From positions 2,400,001-2,432,000 of the forward strand of contig NC_017448.1 in assembly GCF_000146505.1 (NCBI RefSeq): a stretch of DNA of 32,000 bases. The letters run 5' to 3'. The stretch is from Fibrobacter succinogenes subsp. succinogenes S85 (GTDB taxonomy: Bacteria; Fibrobacterota; Fibrobacteria; Fibrobacterales; Fibrobacteraceae). Within the stretch, counting starts at the first letter, position 1. Every line of letters starts with the position of its first letter. The notes below the pieces were generated by a model, which searched no databases, was not told the DNA's origin, and was given only the letters and a program-made list of their open reading frames with translations. Shown piece after piece: positions 6,997-15,583 of this stretch. The position numbers and the translations under genes are program-made.

Positions 6997-9206
6997 GATA
7001 TAACTTGTACAAATTATTTTCTACCATTGCTGTGGTATCTTTGACCTTTGTTGCGTGCTCTTCGGATAATGATGTCGCAGGCGGCGCTTCGGGCGATGCT
7101 GGCGTTGTTGCTGTCACGGATAGAGAAGTGGCGGGTGTTACGCAAAAGGGTCCGTTCTTGGTGGGTTCATCTGTCGCAATTCAGGAATTGAATGGATTGA
7201 CTTTGGTACAGACCGGTAGAAGCTTTAGATCGAGTATTAAAAATGATTTAGGTGATTTCTCTATCAAGGGTGTAAATCTCTCTTCTCAATATGCTTTGCT
7301 TGAAGTCAATGGGTATTATCGCAATGAAGTTTCTGGCGAAAAATCAAAAGGGATGATAGCTCTGAATGCATTGACCGACTTGAAAGACCGTAGCCATGTG
7401 AACGTGAACTTGATGACTCATTTGACGACGGACCGCATTTTGGCTTTAGTTCAAAAAGAAGGAATGTCTTTTGCTGAAGCGAAAAAACAGGCCGAAAGAG
7501 AAGTGATGACTTCGTTTGGTGTCTTGGACGATTTGGGTAATGGTGAAGACCTCAATTTGTTTGCTGGCGATGGTGGCGCAATGTTGCTTGCCATGAGTGT
7601 GCTGATGCAGGGGGATGGCTCAGAAGCAGATCTTTCTGAACGAGTTTCGCATGTGGCAACGGCGATTGTAAATAATGGCATTTGGAATGGTGACGAAAAA
7701 ACGGAAATAGCAGATTGGGCGTTTCAGATTGATGCTGTGATAAAGAAATCTAAAAAGGGTGGGAGTATGCTTCAGCTAATTCGCGAAAATGTAGAGTCGT
7801 GGCAAGTCGTGGATTCAGTTCCGCCTTTTGAAAAATACGTTAATAAATTTTGGGCTCATGAATATGGCCTTGGTGCATGTGATGAAAAAAATCTTTATGA
7901 AGTAAAAAGTAATACAAATGAATTGAGTCAATATTATAGAAATGAATTTGTATGTAACCCTGACGGCCGTTGGAGTTTGGTTCGCATGAGAGAAATTCAA
8001 AGTTCTCTTTTTGAAGAGATTCAAGATAAGGCTGATGGCGAACATTATAAAGTTATGAAAATAGGGAATAAACAATGGATGGCCGAAAATTTAAGACGAA
8101 AAAGTAATGCTTTTAATAAAGGGAATGATATATCGTATAGTACGTGCTATGACGAAAAACAATCTAATTGCGATTCTTATGGATTACTGTATGAATGGAA
8201 TGCTGCTGCTCAATTATGCCCTGAAGGGTATAAATTGCCTAGTATTTCTGATGTTAAAGCTCTTTTGCATTTTTATGGAGGTGAGGGAAAGGAGTCTGCC
8301 CAAAAACTTCGTGCTGCTGATGGGTTCGGCGCTTTATATGGAGGTCTGTATGAAGAAAAGCTCAAAGATTACATTGGTGGATTTTATTATACTGGAATTT
8401 TCGAATATTTGGGTCTTCATGAAGTGGCTAATTATTGGACTGAATCGCCGGCTTTTTTGCTCCGAATAGATTCTCTTGGTGCAAGGCTTGACAGTGTAGA
8501 TAGAAGACTTTTAGGAACGCCAGTGAGAGCGTCTGTTCGCTGTGTCAAGGATGAACAGACCGAAGCAGAAACGGGTTTTATAAAAGAACGTGTTTGTGAC
8601 CCAGTTGATAAAAATTATTGTAACGATTTCCCGATCTATTATACTGTTATAAATGGAAAAAAATGGATGACAGAGAATAGAACGAATGAATTGCAATTGG
8701 TAGAAACGAATTACGAAGTGTGTTATGACGATGAGCCTTGGTGCTCTGAAGATAATAGGTATGATGCGAAATGTAGCATGATTTCTAGCAAGGAATGTTT
8801 ATATTCATGGGAAGATGCTATGAAAGTGTGCCCTGAAGGATGGCGTTTGCCCACTCGTTCGGAATGGGAGGCCTTAATGGGCGACTCTCCTTATGTGAAT
8901 TCTCAGGGAGAAAATGGAATATATACGATGTATTTTACAGATAATTTTTCATTACATGATATTAGTCATTGGTCTGATGAATATTACGTGTCGTATGCGA
9001 ATTCTTTGGGACTTAGTATTAAACCTGCAGGATATTATGAAATGGGTTATGAAAAAGTTGAATTCGGTGCTGCTTTTTGGACTAGTTCGGATAGCTCGTC
9101 GACGGATGCTTATGCTTTTATGCTTGTAGATGCTCTTGCAGGAACCTATATCATGAAAGTTGCGGATAAACGAAATTATTACTCTGTTCGTTGCATTGAA
9201 AAATAG
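6993..9206 (+). CDS. Lipoprotein with the shared N-terminal module and two strongly diverged FISUMP-like domains
   Basis: Lipobox LTFVAC|SSD. N-module motifs are present (GVTQKGPF.VGSSV, VNVNLMTHL, AKKQAEREV). The C-terminal half retains WMAENL, CPEG(Y/W)(K/R)LP and SVRC(V/I) landmarks but is AT-rich and divergent. Confidence 0.8.
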   Translation: MRYNLYKLFSTIAVVSLTFVACSSDNDVAGGASGDAGVVAVTDREVAGVTQKGPFLVGSSVAIQELNGLTLVQTGRSFRSSIKNDLGDFSIKGVNLSSQYALLEVNGYYRNEVSGEKSKGMIALNALTDLKDRSHVNVNLMTHLTTDRILALVQKEGMSFAEAKKQAEREVMTSFGVLDDLGNGEDLNLFAGDGGAMLLAMSVLMQGDGSEADLSERVSHVATAIVNNGIWNGDEKTEIADWAFQIDAVIKKSKKGGSMLQLIRENVESWQVVDSVPPFEKYVNKFWAHEYGLGACDEKNLYEVKSNTNELSQYYRNEFVCNPDGRWSLVRMREIQSSLFEEIQDKADGEHYKVMKIGNKQWMAENLRRKSNAFNKGNDISYSTCYDEKQSNCDSYGLLYEWNAAAQLCPEGYKLPSISDVKALLHFYGGEGKESAQKLRAADGFGALYGGLYEEKLKDYIGGFYYTGIFEYLGLHEVANYWTESPAFLLRIDSLGARLDSVDRRLLGTPVRASVRCVKDEQTEAETGFIKERVCDPVDKNYCNDFPIYYTVINGKKWMTENRTNELQLVETNYEVCYDDEPWCSEDNRYDAKCSMISSKECLYSWEDAMKVCPEGWRLPTRSEWEALMGDSPYVNSQGENGIYTMYFTDNFSLHDISHWSDEYYVSYANSLGLSIKPAGYYEMGYEKVEFGAAFWTSSDSSSTDAYAFMLVDALAGTYIMKVADKRNYYSVRCIEK

Positions 9207-9218
9207 GAGGATACTTAT

Positions 9219-11354
9219 ATGAAAAAACAAATATTTGCATTTGCTTTAGCTTTAGGTTGCTTTCTTTCAGGATGTACCTCGGAGAATGCTTTCGGTATTG
9301 AAAATTCTGATGAGAAAATCTCTTCTGAGAATATCGTGGGCTATTCACAGAAAGGGCCAATTTTGGCTGGCTCATCTGTGTTTATTCAGGAATTGGATAG
9401 CGTAAATTTTTTGCAGACTGGAAAAAGTTTTAGGGGCAAGGTAATAAGCGATAATGGAGAATTTGTTGTCGAAAATGTGAACTTGAATTCTCCGTATGTT
9501 TTGTTGGAAGTGAATGGCTATTTCCGTAATGAGATTACTGGAAAAAATTCTAATGGTGCCATATTCATGAATGCACTTGCAGATGTTAGCGAACAAAGTC
9601 ATGTAAATATCAATTTGTTGACGCATCTTGAGTATGAGCGAGTTCAGGTATTGTTGGAACAAAAGAAAATGTCCATTGCTGAGGCTAAACGTGTGGCGGA
9701 TCGAGAAATTCTAGCATCTTTTTTTGATGAAACTGATTACGGAAAAGTTGAACAATTGGATATTTTTGGCAATGGTAAAGGGGATGCCGCTCTTTTGGCG
9801 ATTAATGTACTGTTGCTCGGAGAAGGGAAAGAAGCTGATTTTATGGAACATTTTGCGAAACTTGGGAATGACCTTGCGCAAGATGGTGTGTGGAACGACT
9901 CCGCGCTTAGAACTCAAATAGCTGATAGGGCGTGCGAAATGGACCTTGATGGAAATCTTCCTGTTATTCGCAAAAATATTGAAAATTGGAAAATTGCAGA
10001 AAGGGTTGCGCCGTTTGAGCCTTATGTTACATCTTTTTGGAAAAAATCATATGGACTTGGTGAGTGCCGTGAATCTAATATGGGAGAAACCAAGAAAAAT
10101 TCTAATACCTCCAGTATTTATTACGGGTTAAATTTTACCTGTGATAAATCGGAACGTTGGGTTGCAAATTTAGATGTGGTTCGTGCTGGGTGCGATTCTT
10201 GTGGGTTTATGATTGATCCACGAGATGGACACAAGTATCGTACAATAAAAATTGCGGGTGCAAATTGGATGGCCGAGAATTTGGCGTATAACGGCTATGG
10301 TGAAGGTTCGTTTTACCATGATGACGAGTCGTATGGACTTTGGTATGAAGTGGGTGTGGCTATGCTTGGAAATCAAGTCGTGCCTGATTCTAGTGGCAGT
10401 AAATGGACTTATTACATAATGTCCGAAATCACTCCAGTTGTGTATTATTTGCATACTGGTTGTCCTGAGGGGTGGAAATTGCCTACTCGTGAAGATTATT
10501 ATCAATTGATGAATGCGACTGCATCGAATAACTATGAATTGCTGCTGTCTCCAAAAGGGTGGAATTTAAAACTTGGTTATGATTTTGATCCGGTTGCATA
10601 TTTCACTTCGACATTTGATCCTGAGACTCCTTATGGTCAACGACCTACATATTATTATGCTAGAATGTATGCCTCTGGAAGTGAAATCGCTCCTGAAATA
10701 GTTATGGGACGTGGCATGGCCGGCGGCGGATTTATTCGCTGTGTGGAAGAAGGCTTAACGCAAGAAAAATCTGTGTTGCCGGCAAGCGAAGTGGTTGCAG
10801 ATTCTTTTGTGGATGAGCGCGATGGAAAAACGTATAAAACGATCAAGTTTGGCAATCAGGAATGGATGGCTCAAAATGTGGAGTATCCGGTAGGAGATTC
10901 TACTGTTGGGGATGGGGAACGACGTTGTGAGGCGATCTGGGAAGCGACTCCAAGCATGTTTTATCCAGATCCCTGCGATATTGGATGGCGATATGATTGG
11001 TATGAAGTTCAGGAAGCGTGTCCAGAAGGATGGAAAATTCCTAGTGTAGATGATGCGAAAAAAATGCTAGAGTATGTTGGTGGCGCTTCTGGAAATGCTG
11101 CGTTGTTTACGTTAGGGCTTGAGGGTAGTCAAGATATATATGGTTTTTCCGCTTTACCGACGCAATATGAGCAAGTGACTTGCGCGAAGATGATTAATGG
11201 TTGTACCTATAAGCCTGTTGGAGCGAAATTCTGGATATCAGATTCTACTGGACGTGTGCGGAATGTATTGGCTTTTGACAAGTTAGATGTTGGGATTAAA
11301 CCCGCTGTTTCAACTGATTATTTGCCTGTGCGCTGTGTGAAAGACGCTGAATAA
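9219..11354 (+). CDS. Lipoprotein with the shared N-terminal module and two diverged FISUMP-like domains
   Basis: AGGAGG Shine-Dalgarno and lipobox FLSGC|TSE. N-module motifs are present (YSQKGPILAGSSV, HVNINLLTHLEYERV). The C-terminal half retains WMA(E/Q)N, CPEGWK(L/I)P, IRCVEE and VRCVKD. Confidence 0.8.
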   Translation: MKKQIFAFALALGCFLSGCTSENAFGIENSDEKISSENIVGYSQKGPILAGSSVFIQELDSVNFLQTGKSFRGKVISDNGEFVVENVNLNSPYVLLEVNGYFRNEITGKNSNGAIFMNALADVSEQSHVNINLLTHLEYERVQVLLEQKKMSIAEAKRVADREILASFFDETDYGKVEQLDIFGNGKGDAALLAINVLLLGEGKEADFMEHFAKLGNDLAQDGVWNDSALRTQIADRACEMDLDGNLPVIRKNIENWKIAERVAPFEPYVTSFWKKSYGLGECRESNMGETKKNSNTSSIYYGLNFTCDKSERWVANLDVVRAGCDSCGFMIDPRDGHKYRTIKIAGANWMAENLAYNGYGEGSFYHDDESYGLWYEVGVAMLGNQVVPDSSGSKWTYYIMSEITPVVYYLHTGCPEGWKLPTREDYYQLMNATASNNYELLLSPKGWNLKLGYDFDPVAYFTSTFDPETPYGQRPTYYYARMYASGSEIAPEIVMGRGMAGGGFIRCVEEGLTQEKSVLPASEVVADSFVDERDGKTYKTIKFGNQEWMAQNVEYPVGDSTVGDGERRCEAIWEATPSMFYPDPCDIGWRYDWYEVQEACPEGWKIPSVDDAKKMLEYVGGASGNAALFTLGLEGSQDIYGFSALPTQYEQVTCAKMINGCTYKPVGAKFWISDSTGRVRNVLAFDKLDVGIKPAVSTDYLPVRCVKDAE

Positions 11355-11366
11355 GGAAGAGAGAAA

Positions 11367-13364
11367 ATGAGAAACGTGTGCGATTTTTTCAAGAACGGAT
11401 TTGTGGCTTCGGCTTTTGTGGCGATATCGTTTTTGGCGGGGTGTTCGAACGATGACGTTGCTGGCGGCGCTTCGGGTGATTCGGGAGTTTACGCCATCAA
11501 GAATTTGGATGTAGCAGGTGTTACGCAGAAGGGCCCGTTTGTAACGGGTTCTGCCGTGGCCGTGCATGGAATCGATTGCAAAACTATGAAAATCTCGGAC
11601 GAGCATTTTGAAGGTGCGGTCAAGAGCGACAAGGGCGACTTTATCGTGGAAGATGTTTCGCTCAAGTCAACATGCGCCGTATTTGAAGTGACGGGCAAGT
11701 ACCGTAGCGAAATTTCTGGAAAGGAAACGGATAGCAAGTTGACTCTCCGTGCATTGACCGATCTTGAAAATCGCGAGAACGTGAATGTCAACATTCTCAC
11801 AAATCTGGAGTATGAGCGTGTCGTGTACCTTGTGACTAAAAAGGGAATGTTGTTTGCAGGGGCGAAAAAACAGGCTGAAAAAGAGGTGCTTGCCGCGTTT
11901 GATATTGTGGGCAGTTTTGAAGCGTTTGAGAACCTGAACATTTTTGAATCTGGTGATGGTAACGCTGCTTTGCTTGCCGTGAGCGTGATGATGCAGGGCG
12001 GTGCCGATGTTGATGCTCTCGTGAATCGCATGGACAAATTCGATGATTCGTTTGCTGAAAAAGGCGTGTGGAGTGATTCCAGTACGAAGACTGCGATTAC
12101 GGAATGGGTTACTGCTGCTGCGGCTGACGGAACGTTGGATTCAATCCGCAAAAATGTAGAAAGCTGGGGGATGACTGCCGAAGTGCCTACATTTGAAAAG
12201 TTCGTGGAAACGTTTGGAGCCGATTCGTCGATTGCTGCACAAAATACAATGACGGATCCTCGTGATGGAAAAACATATAGGACTGTTAAGATTGGTGATC
12301 AAGTATGGATGGCGGAAAACTTGAACTATGAAACCGAAAAAAGTTACTGCTATAATGATTCCGTGGAATATTGCGCAATGTATGGTCGTTTTTACGAGTG
12401 GAATGCGGCGATGAGAGCTTGTCCTGAAGGTTGGCATTTGCCGCTTTTGGAAGAATTTAAAACTTTAGTGGATGCATTAGGAGATTCTGCGATGGCAGGA
12501 AGTAAGCTCAAGTCCACGAGTGGCTGGTTGAACGATCTCAATGGTACAGATGATTACGGTTTTACGGTGCTTCCCATTGGTGGTAGGTCTGCAAGTGGAA
12601 AATACATAAACAAAGAATGGCTTGCGGATTTTTGGAGTTCTACAGAGAGTGCTGTCGAATTTGCGTACGTGATGCATGTGGGCGCTAACTTCAATACAGC
12701 ACCATTGGATATGGACGAAGGAAAGTACAATGCGTTTTCTGTCCGTTGTCTTCAGGGTGAAAATGATTCGTTGAGATCTTATATTTTTGTGGAAGATTCG
12801 GCTGTGGCTGTTTGCAAGACGGAAAGTACAGATGATTGCGAATACGGAAAGTTGACGGATGAGCGTAATGGTCAAGAATACAAGACCGTGAAAATTGGAA
12901 AACAAGTGTGGATGGCGGAGAACTTGAACTATGAAACGGATGAAAGCTATTGCTATAATGATTCCGCCGAATACTGTACAAAGTATGGTCGCCTTTATAC
13001 GTGGTCTGCGGCGTTGAATGCGTGCCCTACTGGCTGGCATCTGCCTTCGCAAAACGAGGGTATGACTTTGTACTATTCAGTAGGAGGTAGAGATACTGCT
13101 GCAAAAATGCTCAAATCTGTCAATGGTTGGAATGATGATGGCGCCGGTACGGATAGTTTTGGCTTCTCTGCCCTTCCGGTTGGTGATAGAGATGAGTTTA
13201 ATGATTATGAAAATGAAGGTCGTTTTGCAGGTTTTTGGACTTCGACAGAAGTGAATGAAAGATACGCTGCTCATATACATTTGTTTTATATGGATGACGA
13301 TGCTGCTTTGAGTACGACTTTTAATAAAAGATATGCTTATGCAGTCCGTTGCGTCAAGGACTAA
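11367..13364 (+). CDS. Lipoprotein with the shared N-terminal module and two canonical FISUMP domains
   Basis: Lipobox FLAGC|SND. There are two copies of DGK.Y.TVKIG.QVWMAENLNYE...YGR.Y.W.AA..ACP.GWHLP...G(T)D.(Y/F)GF..LP.G...FWSSTE...VRC(L/V). Confidence 0.85.
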   Translation: MRNVCDFFKNGFVASAFVAISFLAGCSNDDVAGGASGDSGVYAIKNLDVAGVTQKGPFVTGSAVAVHGIDCKTMKISDEHFEGAVKSDKGDFIVEDVSLKSTCAVFEVTGKYRSEISGKETDSKLTLRALTDLENRENVNVNILTNLEYERVVYLVTKKGMLFAGAKKQAEKEVLAAFDIVGSFEAFENLNIFESGDGNAALLAVSVMMQGGADVDALVNRMDKFDDSFAEKGVWSDSSTKTAITEWVTAAAADGTLDSIRKNVESWGMTAEVPTFEKFVETFGADSSIAAQNTMTDPRDGKTYRTVKIGDQVWMAENLNYETEKSYCYNDSVEYCAMYGRFYEWNAAMRACPEGWHLPLLEEFKTLVDALGDSAMAGSKLKSTSGWLNDLNGTDDYGFTVLPIGGRSASGKYINKEWLADFWSSTESAVEFAYVMHVGANFNTAPLDMDEGKYNAFSVRCLQGENDSLRSYIFVEDSAVAVCKTESTDDCEYGKLTDERNGQEYKTVKIGKQVWMAENLNYETDESYCYNDSAEYCTKYGRLYTWSAALNACPTGWHLPSQNEGMTLYYSVGGRDTAAKMLKSVNGWNDDGAGTDSFGFSALPVGDRDEFNDYENEGRFAGFWTSTEVNERYAAHIHLFYMDDDAALSTTFNKRYAYAVRCVKD

Positions 13365-13392
13365 ATTTTTACCGGTTTAGCAAAAAGGTGCA

Positions 13393-14511
13393 TTAAAGTG
13401 TCTCCATCCAGCGGGACATGAATACGTTATAGACGCTGTAGGTTTTTCCGTTTAAATCGCTTTGTTCTAGCAGTAGTTCTTTTTCGACAAGGGTTGAAAG
13501 AATTTTTTTAGCGGTGGCGCTGCTTCCTATGCCATATTTCATCAAGAAGGCGCTTGCTGTTGGTTGCTTTACGGAGCCTTCCTTGGCAACGGCGATAAGG
13601 TATTTCCACTGTTTGTCGGTAATCAGGTTGCGGCGTTCAATGAAGTTTGGGATTTCAAATCGTAAAATGCTGGATATAGTTCTTTTGACATCTTCTAGTG
13701 ATATATTTTTTGAAGATTCTGCAAATACTCTATTGCATACAAATTGAGTGTAATAGGTATGACGTTTTGTCCAATCTAATATAAAATCAACTGCATCTTT
13801 GTCAATGTTTTTTTTTGCTCTTTGAAATAGATGTGTAATAAACTCCTTATACTTCTCAGAATCGATACGGTCGATGTGAATTGTTCTGGAGCTTTCGTAA
13901 AAGGGCTTCTTTGCGTTGGTAAACATGTCTGCCATCAAGTGCTTTTTGCTACCGCAGAAAATGAATTTTACATGATGCATTTGCTGAATGTATGTTCGTA
14001 GTAAGGCTTCGGTATTTTTTTCTTTGAATTCTCTGATTTGTTGAAATTCGTCGATGGCGAGGATAATTTGTTTTTCTTGTTTTTCGAGAAAGTCGAAAAT
14101 TGATTTTAACGTCAATTTTCTTTGTTCGTCCAGCTGGAAGGTGAATGTAACTTGAGGGTTGCCTGACATGGAGTCATAACTAAGAAGCGGTCGAACGTTC
14201 TTGAGCGCAATGAAGAATTTTTTTATCAGTGACTCGTTTGCTATGGAGCTGACGATGGCTTCAGACAAGATTTTGATAAAATCGTCTAGACTTTGCGCCG
14301 AAAAAATGTCGGCGTAAATGCAAGTGTAATGTTTTTCCTTGAGGTCCTCGAATGTTCTGAAAATGAGACCCGTCTTGCCGTAGCGTCTTGGAGAAATTAA
14401 TGTGACGTTTGAACCATTGGTTAAAAAGGAGATAATGTCCTTGAGTTCTTGTTCTCGATCGCAGAAATTCTCTTTTGTTGTGTAAGGCTCTAGAGAGAAC
14501 GGGTTTTCCAT
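13393..14511 (-). CDS. AAA-type ATPase of the 'archaeal ATPase'/DUF234-like family
   Basis: 372-aa ORF on the opposite strand. It has an F.DREQEL N-terminus, Walker A SPRRYGKTGL, Walker B ILAIDEFQ and a winged-helix-like C-terminus. A GAGG Shine-Dalgarno lies 5 nt upstream. The gene is AT-rich compared with the flanks. Confidence 0.8.
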   Translation of the reverse strand: MENPFSLEPYTTKENFCDREQELKDIISFLTNGSNVTLISPRRYGKTGLIFRTFEDLKEKHYTCIYADIFSAQSLDDFIKILSEAIVSSIANESLIKKFFIALKNVRPLLSYDSMSGNPQVTFTFQLDEQRKLTLKSIFDFLEKQEKQIILAIDEFQQIREFKEKNTEALLRTYIQQMHHVKFIFCGSKKHLMADMFTNAKKPFYESSRTIHIDRIDSEKYKEFITHLFQRAKKNIDKDAVDFILDWTKRHTYYTQFVCNRVFAESSKNISLEDVKRTISSILRFEIPNFIERRNLITDKQWKYLIAVAKEGSVKQPTASAFLMKYGIGSSATAKKILSTLVEKELLLEQSDLNGKTYSVYNVFMSRWMETL

Positions 14512-14519
14512 AATAACCT

Positions 14520-14568
14520 CAATTAACTTTTAGTAAGTTACTTTTAGTAATATACCAAAAGTTAATTG
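14520..14568 (-). promoter_or_regulatory. Perfect 12-bp inverted repeat with internal direct repeats, abutting the ATPase Shine-Dalgarno
   Basis: CAATTAACTTTT (14520-14531) pairs with AAAAGTTAATTG (14557-14568) across a 25-nt spacer. ACTTTTAGTAA is repeated at 14526-14536 and 14540-14550. One arm ends in the G of the GAGG Shine-Dalgarno on the minus strand. Confidence 0.45.
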
Positions 14569-14590
14569 GAATGTCAATAGGTTGAATATT

Positions 14591-14720
14591 GTATTCCTGG
14601 AATACGGACTTTGTGTTCTGAATTGCTAAAAATTGTGTAATTTCTGCAAATATGGTAAAATTTGGCTAAAAACGCCATTTTTGTATTCCAAAAACTGCGG
14701 AAATGTCTATATTTGTACAC
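14591..14720 (+). promoter_or_regulatory. Conserved upstream control region of cassette 3
   Basis: The region contains the perfect 15-nt palindrome GTATTCCTGGAATAC (14591-14605), TGGTAAAAT (14653-14661), AAAAACGCCATTTTT (14668-14682) and TATATTTG (14708-14715) ending 5 nt before ATG 14721. There is no Shine-Dalgarno. Confidence 0.5.
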
Positions 14721-15575
14721 ATGAAGGAGATTGTAGAATACACAGACTACCGCAAGTTCATCCAGGATTACTACGATGAACGCAAGCGCAGCTCGGCTTT
14801 TACGTGGCGCGAGTTTGCCCGTGATGCGGGATTTTCGTCGGCTGTGTATTTGAAGTACGTTTGCGAGGGCAAAAAGAATCTGAGTGTAGGGTCGGCGGGA
14901 TCCGTTGCTGCGGCGATGGGGCTTGCCGGGTTCGAACAGACGTACTTTGTCTTGATGGTTTCGTATGCGCATGCGAAAGATGACAAGGCGAGACGTGCCG
15001 CGTTCGAAGAACGCTGTGCGCTCGCGCATGCCCACAAGGTACGTGTGCTCGGGAACGAGGAATTCGATTATTTCAAGTCGTGGAAGAATCCGGTATTGCG
15101 CGAGATTGCTCCGCACATGCCTGGTGCCAAGCCTCTTGAAATGGCTCGTAAGTGCAAGCCGCAGATTTCTGCGGCGGAGGTCTCCGAGACGCTTGACTTT
15201 TTGGTGCGCGCGAAGCTCTTGAAGAAGGACAAGAGCGGAAACTACGAACAGACGGACAAGTCGTTATCGATGGGGTCGGTCGATGCAGTGCCTGTGGCGG
15301 CTCGCGATATGCAACGTGAAATGGGGGAATTTGCGGTGAAGGCTTTGGACTTGCCGCTTTCGGAACGTGACATGTCGGGGCTTACCATGGGGCTCACGCG
15401 CCGTGCTTACGAAAAAATCAGGAAAGAAATCGCGGATTTTCGCCGCCGCATTGTGGCGATTGCGAGTGAGGATGACGAGACGGAACAGGTGTACCGCCTG
15501 AATTTGCAGTTGTTCCCGCTGAGCGAACGTCTTGACGATTGCGATGATAAAAATAAAGGTGTTGGGAAAAAGTAA
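14721..15575 (+). CDS. TIGR02147-type putative HTH protein, cassette 3
   Basis: The ORF is open from 14703. The start is set to ATG 14721 (MKEIVEYTDYRKFIQDYYDERKR) by alignment with the paralogues. Confidence 0.8.
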   Translation: MKEIVEYTDYRKFIQDYYDERKRSSAFTWREFARDAGFSSAVYLKYVCEGKKNLSVGSAGSVAAAMGLAGFEQTYFVLMVSYAHAKDDKARRAAFEERCALAHAHKVRVLGNEEFDYFKSWKNPVLREIAPHMPGAKPLEMARKCKPQISAAEVSETLDFLVRAKLLKKDKSGNYEQTDKSLSMGSVDAVPVAARDMQREMGEFAVKALDLPLSERDMSGLTMGLTRRAYEKIRKEIADFRRRIVAIASEDDETEQVYRLNLQLFPLSERLDDCDDKNKGVGKK

Positions 15576-15583
15576 GGAGAAAA

